Shown here in pieces: positions 29,074-40,200 of a stretch of 64,000 nucleotides of DNA. The first letter of the stretch is position 1. The number at the start of each line of letters is the position of its first letter. Made by a program: the position numbers and the translations under genes. Source of the stretch: an uncultured Acidobacteriota bacterium (GTDB lineage: Bacteria; Acidobacteriota; Thermoanaerobaculia; Gp7-AA8). The notes under the pieces were generated by a model that was not told the origin of the DNA, searched no databases, and worked only from the letters and a program-made list of their open reading frames with translations. The stretch covers positions 160,001 to 224,000 of the forward strand of contig CAVUKB010000007.1 in assembly GCA_963741955.1 (NCBI GenBank), written 5' to 3'.

Positions 29074-29955
29074 TCAGAGCCCTGCGCGTTCTGCTGCGAT
29101 ACGGGCGAGCGCGGACCAGTCGAGATCTCCTTTTCCCGCCGCCACGCCGGAAAGGAAGTGGTCGTGGAGCATGCTGGCCAGAGGCATCGGGACTGCATGT
29201 TCGTCCGCGACCGCGAGAGCGAGCCGGACGTCTTTCAATCCGAGTTTCAGACGGAACCCGGGATCGAACGATTCGCGGACGATCATCCCTCCGTAGTTCT
29301 CGAGGATCGGGGAGCGGAAGAGGCTGGTGACGATCTCCAGAAAACGCTCCCGCTCGATGCCCGCTTTCGCGACGAGGGCGAAGGACTCACCGAGCATTTC
29401 GATCATCGACGCGATCATGAAGTTCCCGGCGAGCTTCACGACATTCGCCGCTTCGGGAGCTTCGCCGACGTGGAATGTCCCCTGCCCCATCGCCTCGAAT
29501 GCAGGCCCGCAACGTGCCACGTCGCCGGCGGAGCCGCCGGCGACGATCCAGAGCTTCTTCGCCTTCGCGGCGTCGGGGCGGCCGAAGACCGGAGCAGCGA
29601 CGAAACTTCCGGAGCGCTCGCCGTGAGCTGCGGCGAGGCGCCTGGAGAGCGCGGTGCTGATGGTGCTCATCGAGACGTGGATCGCTCCGTCGGGAAGTGC
29701 ATCGAGAAACCCGTTCCGCTCTTCGTTTCCCCAGACGACTTCTTCGACCGCAGCGTCATCCGCGAGCATGGTGATCACCAGCTCGGCGTCCGAGACTGCG
29801 GCGGCCGGATCCGCGGCCGTCTCTCCCCCGGCGCCCGCCATCTCCTTCGATCGGGAAGCGGTCCGGTTCCAGACCCGAAGTGAGTGACCTCCGGCGATCA
29901 GATTCCGCGCCATCGGCGCGCCCATGTTTCCGAGCCCGAGGAAAGCGATTCGCAT
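29074..29955 (-). CDS. 3-hydroxyisobutyrate/6-phosphogluconate dehydrogenase-family oxidoreductase
   Basis: GLGNMG, WNRT, APVFG, KLAGN, KDVRLA. Confidence 0.92.
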   Translation of the reverse strand: MRIAFLGLGNMGAPMARNLIAGGHSLRVWNRTASRSKEMAGAGGETAADPAAAVSDAELVITMLADDAAVEEVVWGNEERNGFLDALPDGAIHVSMSTISTALSRRLAAAHGERSGSFVAAPVFGRPDAAKAKKLWIVAGGSAGDVARCGPAFEAMGQGTFHVGEAPEAANVVKLAGNFMIASMIEMLGESFALVAKAGIERERFLEIVTSLFRSPILENYGGMIVRESFDPGFRLKLGLKDVRLALAVADEHAVPMPLASMLHDHFLSGVAAGKGDLDWSALARIAAERAGL

Positions 29956-30091
29956 TGGAGACTCCTGAACTCTGGTGCGGCATTTCACGTTTGGTGAAAC
30001 GCCGCGCACCAATCAATACCTGACCCCATCGAACGTCGGGTGCGGCGGAAAACGTGCGGAGTGAAAGAGCAGCCGCGGCTGCTGATGACGT

Positions 30092-30535
30092 CTACTGGTT
30101 CTGGTCGTTCTCGATGTCGATCAGGTTGATCTCGAAGTTCAGATCCTTCCCGGCGAGAGGGTGGTTCGCGTCGAGCCGGACCGCCTCCTCGGTGACTTCG
30201 TCCACGCGCACCGGCGTGGTGCGACCGTCCGCGAGCTGCATCTGGAGCCACTGGCCCGGTTCGGGTTTGATCTCCGGAGGCATCGAGTCACGACTGACCT
30301 CGACCACCATGTCCTCGCGACGTGGCCCGTAGGCGCGGTCGGCGGGAATGTGCTCGCTCCTGGTCTGGCCGGGCTCCATTCCGCGGATCGCGTCTTCGAA
30401 GCCGGGGATCACCTCTCCTTCGCCGAGGGTGATCGCAAGCGGCTCGCGTTCCTGGGAAGAATCGAAAACTCTTCCGTCGTCGAACTTGCCGGTGTAGTGG
30501 ACCTTGACCTTGTCTCCATCTTTGGCTCGAGGCAT
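30092..30535 (-). CDS. FKBP-type peptidyl-prolyl isomerase (short SlyD/FkpB type)
   Basis: VHYTG...VFDSS, IPGFE, AYG, DANHPLAGK; no His-rich tail; RBS AAGGAG. Confidence 0.93.
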   Translation of the reverse strand: MPRAKDGDKVKVHYTGKFDDGRVFDSSQEREPLAITLGEGEVIPGFEDAIRGMEPGQTRSEHIPADRAYGPRREDMVVEVSRDSMPPEIKPEPGQWLQMQLADGRTTPVRVDEVTEEAVRLDANHPLAGKDLNFEINLIDIENDQNQ

Positions 30536-30620
30536 TGTTTCTCCTTTAGCCGGACGAATCCGGCGATGTGTGAGAGGAACAGGGCTTGCGAGATCGTTAC
30601 CAGTCGAGAGGGAAGCTCGG

Positions 30621-31523
30621 CTATTTGCCGAGCATCGCCATCTGCTGGTCGTCGCCGGAGGCCAGGATCTGCTCGACCTGTTCCTGGAGGCGGCGCTGAT
30701 AGTCGCGCCTGGATTGCGCGACACGCACCAGATAGTCGTGCGTCTCACGGAACGGAGGGACTCCGCCGAAGCGGTCGACATTGCCCTCACCCGCGTTGTA
30801 GGCTGCGAGCACCATCTTCATATCCGAACCGTAGCGCTGAAAGAGATAGCGGAGATAGCGGGTGCCGGTGCGGACGTTGACTGCGGGATTCATCAGATCG
30901 CTCCCGCCCATCAGCTCACCGGTGCTCGGGACGATCTGCATCAGCCCCTGAGCATTCTTTCGCGAGATCAGAGTGGGCCGGAAATCCGATTCGGTCTTCA
31001 CGACCGCAGCGACGAGCTCGGGCGAGAGGCCGTTGCGCTTCGCTTCGCGGTAGATGATCCATCCGAACGGGACGTCGCGACGGAAGAACTGTTCGCGCAC
31101 TTTCTCCAGAAGCTGTTCGCCCAGAAGTTGCTCGGCGGCCTCGGTGCTTCCGGGTCGGGCCGGATCGAGTCCTTCTTCGAGCGACTGAAGCGACAGATCG
31201 GAACGGAGCAGCGGAGGCTGCGCCGGCCATTCGACCCGGGGCGACATCAGAGCCTGGAGGTCCGCTGCACCGCGGTTTTCCGCGGTGGTGGTGTTGATTC
31301 CGGTCATCGGCAGAACGCTGATGCCGAAGACGACCGGCAGCCCGACCAGGAATGCCTTGCTGCGACGCCGCAACCACTGACCCCCCGCGGTGACGCGGCG
31401 AGCCACGCGGTTGCGTAAGCGAGGGCGATGACGCTGGCAGTTACAGATGACACGCCAGTCTTCGACACCCGCAATGCGGTATCGGGATCCGCCGGAACCC
31501 ACTGGACCGAGTGTGACTTCCAT
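30621..31523 (-). CDS. Lytic transglycosylase (SLT domain); start uncertain
   Basis: VKTESDF, GLMQ, LAAYNAG, PFRET motifs; N-terminal hydrophobic segment. Confidence 0.85.
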   Translation of the reverse strand: MEVTLGPVGSGGSRYRIAGVEDWRVICNCQRHRPRLRNRVARRVTAGGQWLRRRSKAFLVGLPVVFGISVLPMTGINTTTAENRGAADLQALMSPRVEWPAQPPLLRSDLSLQSLEEGLDPARPGSTEAAEQLLGEQLLEKVREQFFRRDVPFGWIIYREAKRNGLSPELVAAVVKTESDFRPTLISRKNAQGLMQIVPSTGELMGGSDLMNPAVNVRTGTRYLRYLFQRYGSDMKMVLAAYNAGEGNVDRFGGVPPFRETHDYLVRVAQSRRDYQRRLQEQVEQILASGDDQQMAMLGK

Positions 31524-32175
31524 GGCCGTCGTGGAGGCGAGGCAAAAACCGAACCATCCTTCGTAACGTTCGTTCATTTCGGCACTTAAGATTGCGTCAT
31601 CCGCGGCACAGGGCGGGGTTGCGCCGCGCGTATTTGTCCGGTTCGAGCTCCGCGGGTCCGCAAAATCCTGCGCAGCACCCGCGTGACGCCATCTACGTCT
31701 CGAAAAGCCGGCGTCACCATGATCGATGACTGTCTTTGAGAACACCATTCTACTCTCTTTGACCGCATCGATTCCATGCAACGACCCTCACGAAACTGAT
31801 CCGGTGCCGTTTTGATTTCACGTTTACCGATTTTTTTCGTTCGAACGCTCATTCATGGAACCTCTCGTTCCTCTCGTGCTGCATGTATGTTCGGTCCATC
31901 GCGCGGTTCACGTCGTGACCCGCATCACGTGATGTGATCTGCGTCACCAGTTCGGTTGATGATCAGGCGGGATGACGAGCGGGGTCATGTCTACAGTTCG
32001 CGCTCACGAGAACGAGCACCGGTGCGCGAAGAGTCACGGGAACGAAGAGGATCGATCGCGGCAGGACCGGGCATCTATCTCGGACGCCGGCGCGGCGGAA
32101 GGTTCAGTTACACTCTCCGGGGACGATCCCGCTTGCGCAGGCTGAAAAACCGGCCGGTTCGCGTCTGTCGTGCGG

Positions 32176-34005
32176 TCAGGTCGAAGGAGCGTCGCCGCGC
32201 TGGCTGTCCTCGAGGTCCGGATTCATCCCCGCCTGCGCGCGGACGACGTCGCTGGTGGTGAGGAGCCCGAGGAATTTCTGGTTTTCCGGATCGACCACGG
32301 CGAGAAGATGAACTCCGAGCTGGTTCAGACGCACGATCGCGCGCATTACCGGAGTCTCCGGATAGACGTGGTCTCTCTTCGAGACGAATTCGACCACCGG
32401 AGCGGTTCCTTTTCCGTCGGAAGCCGCCTTCCGGAGATGGTAGCGGTTCGCGAATCCGCGGAACTGCCCCGCGTCGTCGACCACCGGATACAGCGCGTAC
32501 TCCTGGCTGGCGATCTTCTCCAGCGCCTCCGCGACGCTCACGTTGGCCGGTATTCTCACCGCTTTGGTGGTCATCACCGCACCGACCGGCATCTTCGCCA
32601 GAGGATTCACGTCGTGCGCGTGCGGGATGAAGATCCCGTCCTGCTGCAGCAGTGCTTCGTAGATCGGCACCGGGCGCCATCTCGTCGCGAGTGCGTACGC
32701 GGTCATGTTCGCGATCATCAACGGCAGAATCAGCGAGTATCCGTTCGTCATCTCGAAGATGATCAGCACCGACGTGATCGGCGCGCGGATGATGCCGGCG
32801 AAGACCGCACCCATTCCCACCAGCGCGAACGCACCCACCTGTTCCGACGATGTCGCGAGGAGCTCCTGGTTCAGCACTCCGACCGCGCCGCCGAGCATCC
32901 CTCCGATGAAGAGCGACGGCGCGAAGATTCCACCCGACCCTCCGGTGCCGTATGACGCGACGGTCGCCACCAGCTTGAAGACGCAGAGCACCAGCATCGC
33001 CCGCACTGCGAGCCCGCCGCTCAGCGCGTCCGCGAGGGTCTGATACCCGCCGCCGGTGACCCCGTCCGCGTGCACCCACCAGAGAGCGATGACGGCGAGC
33101 ACGCCGGTGACCAGACCGCCCACGGCCGGCTGTGCCCATCGAGGGATCGCCTCGAGTACGTTGAAGCGACCGCGAAGCTTGAGGAGACCGTCGGTGAAGA
33201 GGATCGACGCGACGGCGGCCAGCACGCCGAGGAGCGCATACAGAAGAAGCGAAGAGTTGTGCTCGAGCGTGTACTCGTGACTGATCGGAATCGCGGGATG
33301 GGCGCCGAGCACCGTCCGTTCGATCGCCGCGGCGAGTGCCGCCGCGATGACCACTCCCGCGAGCACCGCCTGATCGAGATCGCCGATCACTTCTTCGATC
33401 ACGAACGTCACCGCAGCGATAGGCGCGTTGAAGGCGGCGGCGATTCCCGCCGCTGCGCCGACCGGGAGCATCCGGCGGACTGCCTGTCGCGACAGCGCGC
33501 CGAGCCGGCCGGTCAGCGTCGCGATTCCTGCGCAGATCTGAACCGTCGGACCCTCGCGCCCGAGGGAGGCGCCGGAACCGATCTGGATCAGACTGATCAG
33601 AAACTTCCCCGCCATCGTGCGGACGGTGATTCGTCCGCCGCTCTTCGCGTAAGCCGCCTTCACTTCCGGAACGCCGCTGCCACGCGCGTCGGGTACGAAC
33701 AGGAGAAGAACTCCGCTGATGATGCCGCCGAGAGCCGGAGCCGCGACCGCGACGAGCCACCAGTACCGGCCCGCGGCGGGTACCAGCCGCTGGAAGACGA
33801 ATGCCTCGGTCTCACGCAGCGCGATGTGGAACGCGACGGCGACCAGCCCCGACGCAATCCCCACCACGATGGTCAGCAGGAAGAGACGTCGCCGCTCCGA
33901 CGGCGCAAGGCGGAGGAACCACTTGAGTAAGCCGGCGTTGACCCGGCGAAGCCGTTGGCGGACCGCCGAAACGAGTTCGCCGGCTTTCCCGCGCTCAGCA
34001 GCCAT
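32176..34005 (-). CDS. ClC-family chloride channel / H+:Cl- antiporter with CBS pair
   Basis: GSGVP, GREGP, FNAP, GGIFAP; C-terminal CBS domains. Confidence 0.94.
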   Translation of the reverse strand: MAAERGKAGELVSAVRQRLRRVNAGLLKWFLRLAPSERRRLFLLTIVVGIASGLVAVAFHIALRETEAFVFQRLVPAAGRYWWLVAVAAPALGGIISGVLLLFVPDARGSGVPEVKAAYAKSGGRITVRTMAGKFLISLIQIGSGASLGREGPTVQICAGIATLTGRLGALSRQAVRRMLPVGAAAGIAAAFNAPIAAVTFVIEEVIGDLDQAVLAGVVIAAALAAAIERTVLGAHPAIPISHEYTLEHNSSLLLYALLGVLAAVASILFTDGLLKLRGRFNVLEAIPRWAQPAVGGLVTGVLAVIALWWVHADGVTGGGYQTLADALSGGLAVRAMLVLCVFKLVATVASYGTGGSGGIFAPSLFIGGMLGGAVGVLNQELLATSSEQVGAFALVGMGAVFAGIIRAPITSVLIIFEMTNGYSLILPLMIANMTAYALATRWRPVPIYEALLQQDGIFIPHAHDVNPLAKMPVGAVMTTKAVRIPANVSVAEALEKIASQEYALYPVVDDAGQFRGFANRYHLRKAASDGKGTAPVVEFVSKRDHVYPETPVMRAIVRLNQLGVHLLAVVDPENQKFLGLLTTSDVVRAQAGMNPDLEDSQRGDAPST

Positions 34006-34243
34006 GGCCTCGAGGTCTCCACTCGGCGGATCGGAACGCGTGCCGCCGGTTCCCCATCAACCGATAGGGATCCCCTGATCGTTCGATGGGTTCACGCATG
34101 GGGTCTCTGTTTCGTAGAATGCAAACGCGGAAAGGGGACGAAGATCGCAGGTCGCGTTCGTCCCGGGGGGGCATCCCCGGACGTTCAATCACGAATCCGC
34201 CCCGGCACTCTCTCATCCATCGCTCACCAATCCGGAGGATCTC

Positions 34244-37200
34244 GTGAAGATCGACCGCCAGGCGCGTCGGCGCCTTTTCGTTTCGACTGCTCTCCTGTTT
34301 CTCGTCTCCGTTCCACTGGTGATGGCGGACGGATTTCCTCCCTACTGGGACAACAGCACGGGTGCGGTGCACTACGCGCCGATAGCGTGGCCCGCCGATG
34401 CGCAATGGGTCCCCTACACCAGCCTCGCGACCGACATCGACGACCCTCGGGTCAACGATCCGTCGAACGGAGGAACGAGCCCGCAGAACTACGTCAATGC
34501 GAGCTCCGGCTGCACCGACGAGACGCTTCCGAGCATCTACTGGTTCTACGACCCGGTGAACAAGGTGATCTTCTTCCGCTGGCGCGTCGAGCAGCGCGCG
34601 AACACATACGCCACCGGTCCCAGCGCAGGTTCGTTCTCCGCGAGCGATCCCTGGAACTCCGCGCAATGGACGGTCATGTTCGACGTCAATGGCGACGGCT
34701 ACCGCGACTTCGCGGTTCATCTCGACGGATCGAGCGGCGGACCGGGGAAGGAAGTCGACCGTCTGGTCAGCGTCTGGAGCGACGAACTGACGCAATCCAT
34801 CGACTACTACGGCGATCCCGACATCCATCAACTCTTCCACAATCCGACAGCGTTCGTCGACAAGGCGACGAGCGAGATCCTCAACTTCCAGAACAGCGTC
34901 ACTCCCGTTGCGAGCTGGCCGAACGGATCGGCAGAGACGGTATGGGACTACGGTACCACGAGGGCGACGAAAATCCCGGCCGGATGCACCGAGTTTTTCA
35001 TCGACTACCAGATCCCTCTCGCCATGCTCGATGCCACCGCCGTCGGAGGCCCGAAACTCACCGAGAACACGCCCTTCTCCTTCATCTTCGCCACCGCCAA
35101 CAGTCTTCAGAATCCGTTCCAGAAGGACGTGGTCGTCAACGGCAACTTCGTCTGCGACATCACCAACCCTGCTCCATTCGGTGACTCCATGACGCTCACC
35201 GGCGGGATCGTGCAGCAGCCGACGGTCCTGTCGGTCACCGCATCCGGTTGTCCTGCGAACCTCACCGCGCGAGTGCAGGACGCGATCCTCTCGAACAACT
35301 GCGTCGGGAGCTCCACCGTCACCAACGTCGATTTCTTCGCCTATCCCGACACGAACGCGGACGGCCAGCCCGACGACGCCGGCAGCTGGTCGCTGATCGC
35401 TTCGGGCACGCCTTCCACGACGGTGGTCGGGCTCTGGAGCGCCACCTGGAATTCGCTCACTGCCGAACAGGGGCAGTATCTGATCGGTGTGCGTGCCACC
35501 GACAACCAGGGCAACTCGACCTTCAGCTACTACACGCAAGCGGAAGTGAACGCAGACGTCGGTACGACGCCTCCGAATTATCCAAACCTGACCCCGACGC
35601 CAGGCCTCCTCTGGGCGACGATCTACAACAGCTGTGGTGTTCCTCCGCCGAGTGCGAGCAAGGCGGCGTCCCCGTCGACGGTCACCGCGGGATCGACGGT
35701 GACTTTCACCGTCACCGTGACGAATCCGACGTCGAGCGCCATCACGCTCTCGTCGATCGACGACGCCCTCCCGTCCGGATTCACCTATGCCGCGACCACC
35801 GGCGGGAGTCTGACGCCCACCGGCAGTCCGGCCGGAGGTTCGAGCGGGACGATTCAATGGACGTTCTCGCCGTCGGCGACGATCGCGGCCGGTTCGAGCG
35901 GAACGCTCACATTCACCGCGCAGGCGCCCGCGACCACCGGGACGTACGCGAACACCGCGACCGCGTCGACGAGCGCAGGATCGCTTCCGACCCCTCCCGC
36001 CACCGTCGTCGTCGGCGCCCCGCGGCTGAGCATCGCGAAGAGCGCTTCGGCGAATCTCGTCGCACCGGGAGCCACCGTCACCTACACGCTCACCTACTCG
36101 AACGACTCGCCGGTGAACGCGACCGGCGCAGAGATCACCGACACCCTTCCCGCCGAGCTCACATTCGTCTCGTCTCCGACCGGAAGTTACGACGCTCCTT
36201 CGCGCACCATCACCTGGAACGTCGGCGACCTCGGTGCAGGTGAAGGTCCGTTCACCGTCCAGTTCACGGCGACCGTCGCGAGTCCCTATCCCGCCGCGTC
36301 GAGCATCCAGCTCGCGAACACGGCGACCATCGACTCGAACGAGACGGCACCATCCAGTGCCATCTCGACCATCCTCGTCGATGCGCCGCGTCCCGCGTTC
36401 ACCATCCAGAAGTCGGCGTCGGCTCCCCTCGTGAGTCCGGGCTCGAACGCCACGTTCACCATCAATTACCAGAACACCGGAAACTCGACCGCCACGAACG
36501 TAGCGATCACGGACGCCGTCCCCGCGGGATTCACATTCGTCTCCGCGACGGGAGGCGGCACGCTCGCGGGGTCGACCGTGACGTGGAACCTCGGCTCGAT
36601 CGCGGCCGGGGCGAGCGGCTCCGTCACCGTCACCGTGGCCGCATCGAGTCCCTTCACCGGAACCGATCCGACGGTGAACACGGCCACGCTCACCTCCGCC
36701 GAGACCTCTCCGGTCAGCGACAGCTACACCATCGGAATCATCGCCACGACGTGCTCGAGCAACACGACGTGGAACTTCCACGCCACGACCACCGACGTCG
36801 GAACCGGCGGGACGCAGAAGATCGCGAACACGACCGCGCCGACCGCCGCCACGGCGAGCATTGCCGGTCCGTTCACGGTCGGTTCCGCCTCTGTCGAGAT
36901 CGCCCGATTCTACGGCGACCCCGTCTCCACCGGCGTTTCCGTGAGCGGAACCGCGACCGTGAGCGTCTACATCGACAAGTCCGGATCACCGCAGGCGAAC
37001 GTCACCGCTTTCCTTTACGATTACGACCCGGCAGGAGGCGCGCTCGTTCTGCTCGGGAGCGGAACCTCGGCGGCGATCACCGGTAACCGGACCAACCAGC
37101 TGAACACCATCAGTGTGCCGGTATCCGGAGCCCTTCCGACCGGCCATCGGTTCCTGTTCATCATCTCCGCAACGACCAATCACGTGTCGCAGACGAACGA

Positions 37201-40200
37201 CATCAGCCTCGAGTTCGACGGCACGTCGAGCCCCAGCTCGTTCGTCTTCTGCCAGCTTCCCCTCCTTCCGGTCCTCGACAAGCAGGTCTCGGCGCTCTCC
37301 GCCCAGGCGGGCGACACGCTCACCTACTCGATCCATTTCGGCAATGCGGGCGCGGGGAATCTCACCGGCGCGACGGTCGTCGACACGCTTCCGGCCGGAG
37401 TGACGTTCGTCTCTGCGACTCTGAACGGATCGGGGGTCTCGCCGACCGCGATCTCCGGGCAGCAGTACACATTCGCCGTCAATACTTCGGATACGGCCAC
37501 CGCGGGGCAACTCACCTCCGCGCAGAACGGATCGCTGGTGATCACCGCGACCGTAGACTCGCCGCTCGCCCCGGCCGTCCTGTCGCTCGTCAACAACGTC
37601 TCGCTGACTTCCACCGGCCCGACGCGAACCGACTCGACCACCACCGCCGTCGTGCGTCCGAACGTCACGATCTCGAAATCGGCCAGCGCCACGCAACTCG
37701 AGCCTGGTTCCACCATGAGTTACACGCTCACGCTGCTCAACAGCGGATCGGGTTCGGCGAGCAACGTCACCGTGACCGACGCACTCCCCACCACGGCCTA
37801 CTTCACGTACGTTTCCGCGACGCCCTCGTCGGGCAGCTGCTCCGAGGCCGCGGGCACCGTGACCTGTACCATTCCGGCGCTCGCCGCGAAGGCGACGGCG
37901 ACCGTGACCATCAATATGCAGGTTGCCGCCAGCGGCGTGCCCGATGGAGTCACCTACCTCGACAACTCCGCGACGGTCAGTGACGCGGCGACGGCCGGCA
38001 CGCGCGGCAGTAACACCGTCACGGTTGCGATCGCGACGTATCCGGTTCTCGAGATCACCAAGAGCGCGAGCGTGCCTTCGCCTCTCGGCCCGGGCGACCA
38101 GATCACCTACACGATCGACCTCTCGAACACGGGATCCGGCGCCGCGACCTCCGTCGTCGTGGACGACTCGATTCCCACCAACACCTCCTACGTTCCGGGA
38201 TCGCTGACCTTCGACTCCGCTTCGCAGACCGACATCGCCGACGGCGACAGCGCCTGGTTCGACGGGACGGCCGTGCATTTCTCGGTCGCGTCCCTGGCGG
38301 GTGGAGCCGCACACGCGCTGACGTTCAAAGTCACTGTCGACTCACCGCTTCCGAACGGCTCGACCGTCATCGGAAACACCGCCACCGTCTCCGCTGCGAA
38401 CGCGGCGCCGAAGAGCGCGTCCACCTCCTCCACCGCGACCGCGGCGGAGAGTCTCTCGCTCTCGAAGAGCGCGCCGTCCGTCCTCGCGGATCCTCTGGCG
38501 ACAGTCACGTCCGTCACCTCGCCGACGGTTCTCGACGTCGACAGCACGACCAACCTCGGCGTGAACCAGGTCATCGCGATCAACGGAACGGCCGCGACGA
38601 TCACCGCCATCAGCGGGACTCAGCTCACGCTCGGGTCGGCCGTCACCGCTGCAGCCGGAGACACTCTCGTTCCGACGTTCGAGTACACCATTCAGTATGC
38701 GAACAGCGGCGACGCCACCGCGCAGAACGTCACGGTCACGGATCCTCTACCGTCCGGACTCCTCTACGTGTCGTCGTCGCCGGCGCCTTCAGCGGCTCCG
38801 GCCATCGGCGCGAACGGAACCGTGTCGTGGAACATCGGTGACGTTCCGCCGGGTTCCGCGGCGGTCCTCCACATCCGGGTCCAGCCGAGTGCGACCGGTT
38901 CGTATACGAACACCGCCACCCTCTCCAGCACGACGACTCCGTCGGTGATCGCGACCGCGACCACCACCGTCGGCTCGCTCGAGCCCTCGAAGGAGGCGCT
39001 CATCGCGAGCGTCACGAACAGCGGATCGGGTGCGACGACGCAATACCGGATCACGATCACCAACCAGCTTCCGACCACGGTTTCCGGAGTCACGGTCACC
39101 GACACGCTCTCTTCGGGGTTCACCTACGCTTCGACCGATGCAACCGGAGGGACGGCCAGCCGGACCTCGACGTCCGATCCGACCGCCGGCTCGGTGCAGC
39201 CGGTCTGGGGAACGTGGGACATCCCGGGCAACGGCACCCTCACGATCGATTTCACCGCGAACGTCGACGCGAGCGTCGGCGCGGGAACGTACCAGAACGA
39301 CGTCTCCGCCACGGCACCCGGTGCGCCCTCTCTCTCGTTCGACTTCCTCGGTACGACCGCGGACGACGTCACGGTGTCGCTCAATGCGCTCACCGCCGAC
39401 CTGTCGCTGACGAAGACGGTGGACAACGCCTCGCCGAACGTCGCCGACAACGTGACGTTCACCATCACTTTGACGAACGGTGGACCGGACGACGCGACGA
39501 ATGTGGCAGTGAAGGATCAACTGCCGGCGGGCCTGACGTTCGTGTCGTCGACGCCGTCGACCGGGTCGTACAGCAACGCAACCGGAATCTGGACCGTCGG
39601 AACCGTCGCGAACGGAGCGGCTCCGACGCTGCAGGTGGTGGCGGCCGTGACCACGGCGGGAGCGAAGATGAACACCGCCGAGGTGTCGGCTTCGGATCAG
39701 GCGGACCCTGATTCGACGCCGAACAACGGCAGCGCTGCGGAAGATGATCAGTCATCGGTGACCGTGACTCCGCAGATTGCGGATCTGTCGCTGACCAAGA
39801 CCGTGGACAACGCCGCGCCGAACGTGGGGAACGACGTGACGTTCACCATCACGGTGACGAACGGCGGCCCGGATGCGGCGACGAACGTCGCGGTGAAGGA
39901 TCTGCTGCCGGCGGGGCTGACGTTTGCGTCGGCAACGCCGTCGATGGGGTCGTACAGCAACGCAACCGGAATCTGGACGGTCGGAACGATCGCGAATGGC
40001 GCGGCTCCGACGCTGCAGGTGGTGGCGGCCGTGACCACGGCGGGAGCGAAGATGAACACCGCCGAGGTGTCGGCTTCGGATCAGGCGGACCCTGATTCGA
40101 CGCCGAACAACGGCAGCGCTGCGGAAGATGATCAGTCATCGGTGACCGTGACTCCGCAGATTGCGGATCTGTCGCTGACCAAGACCGTGGACAACGCCGC

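Noticed and set aside
31579-31595. sigma54-like TCGGCAC...TTGC
   Set aside because: Spacing is GG-N11-GC and there is no plus-strand gene downstream
31430-31620. c-di-GMP or c-di-AMP riboswitch upstream of the transglycosylase
   Set aside because: Diagnostic conserved motifs were not found by eye
33995-36781. 928-aa antisense ORF, and similar long antisense ORFs (23721-25133, 45147-46778, 15890-17284)
   Set aside because: Shadow ORFs expected opposite high-GC genes; Arg/Gly-rich with no motifs
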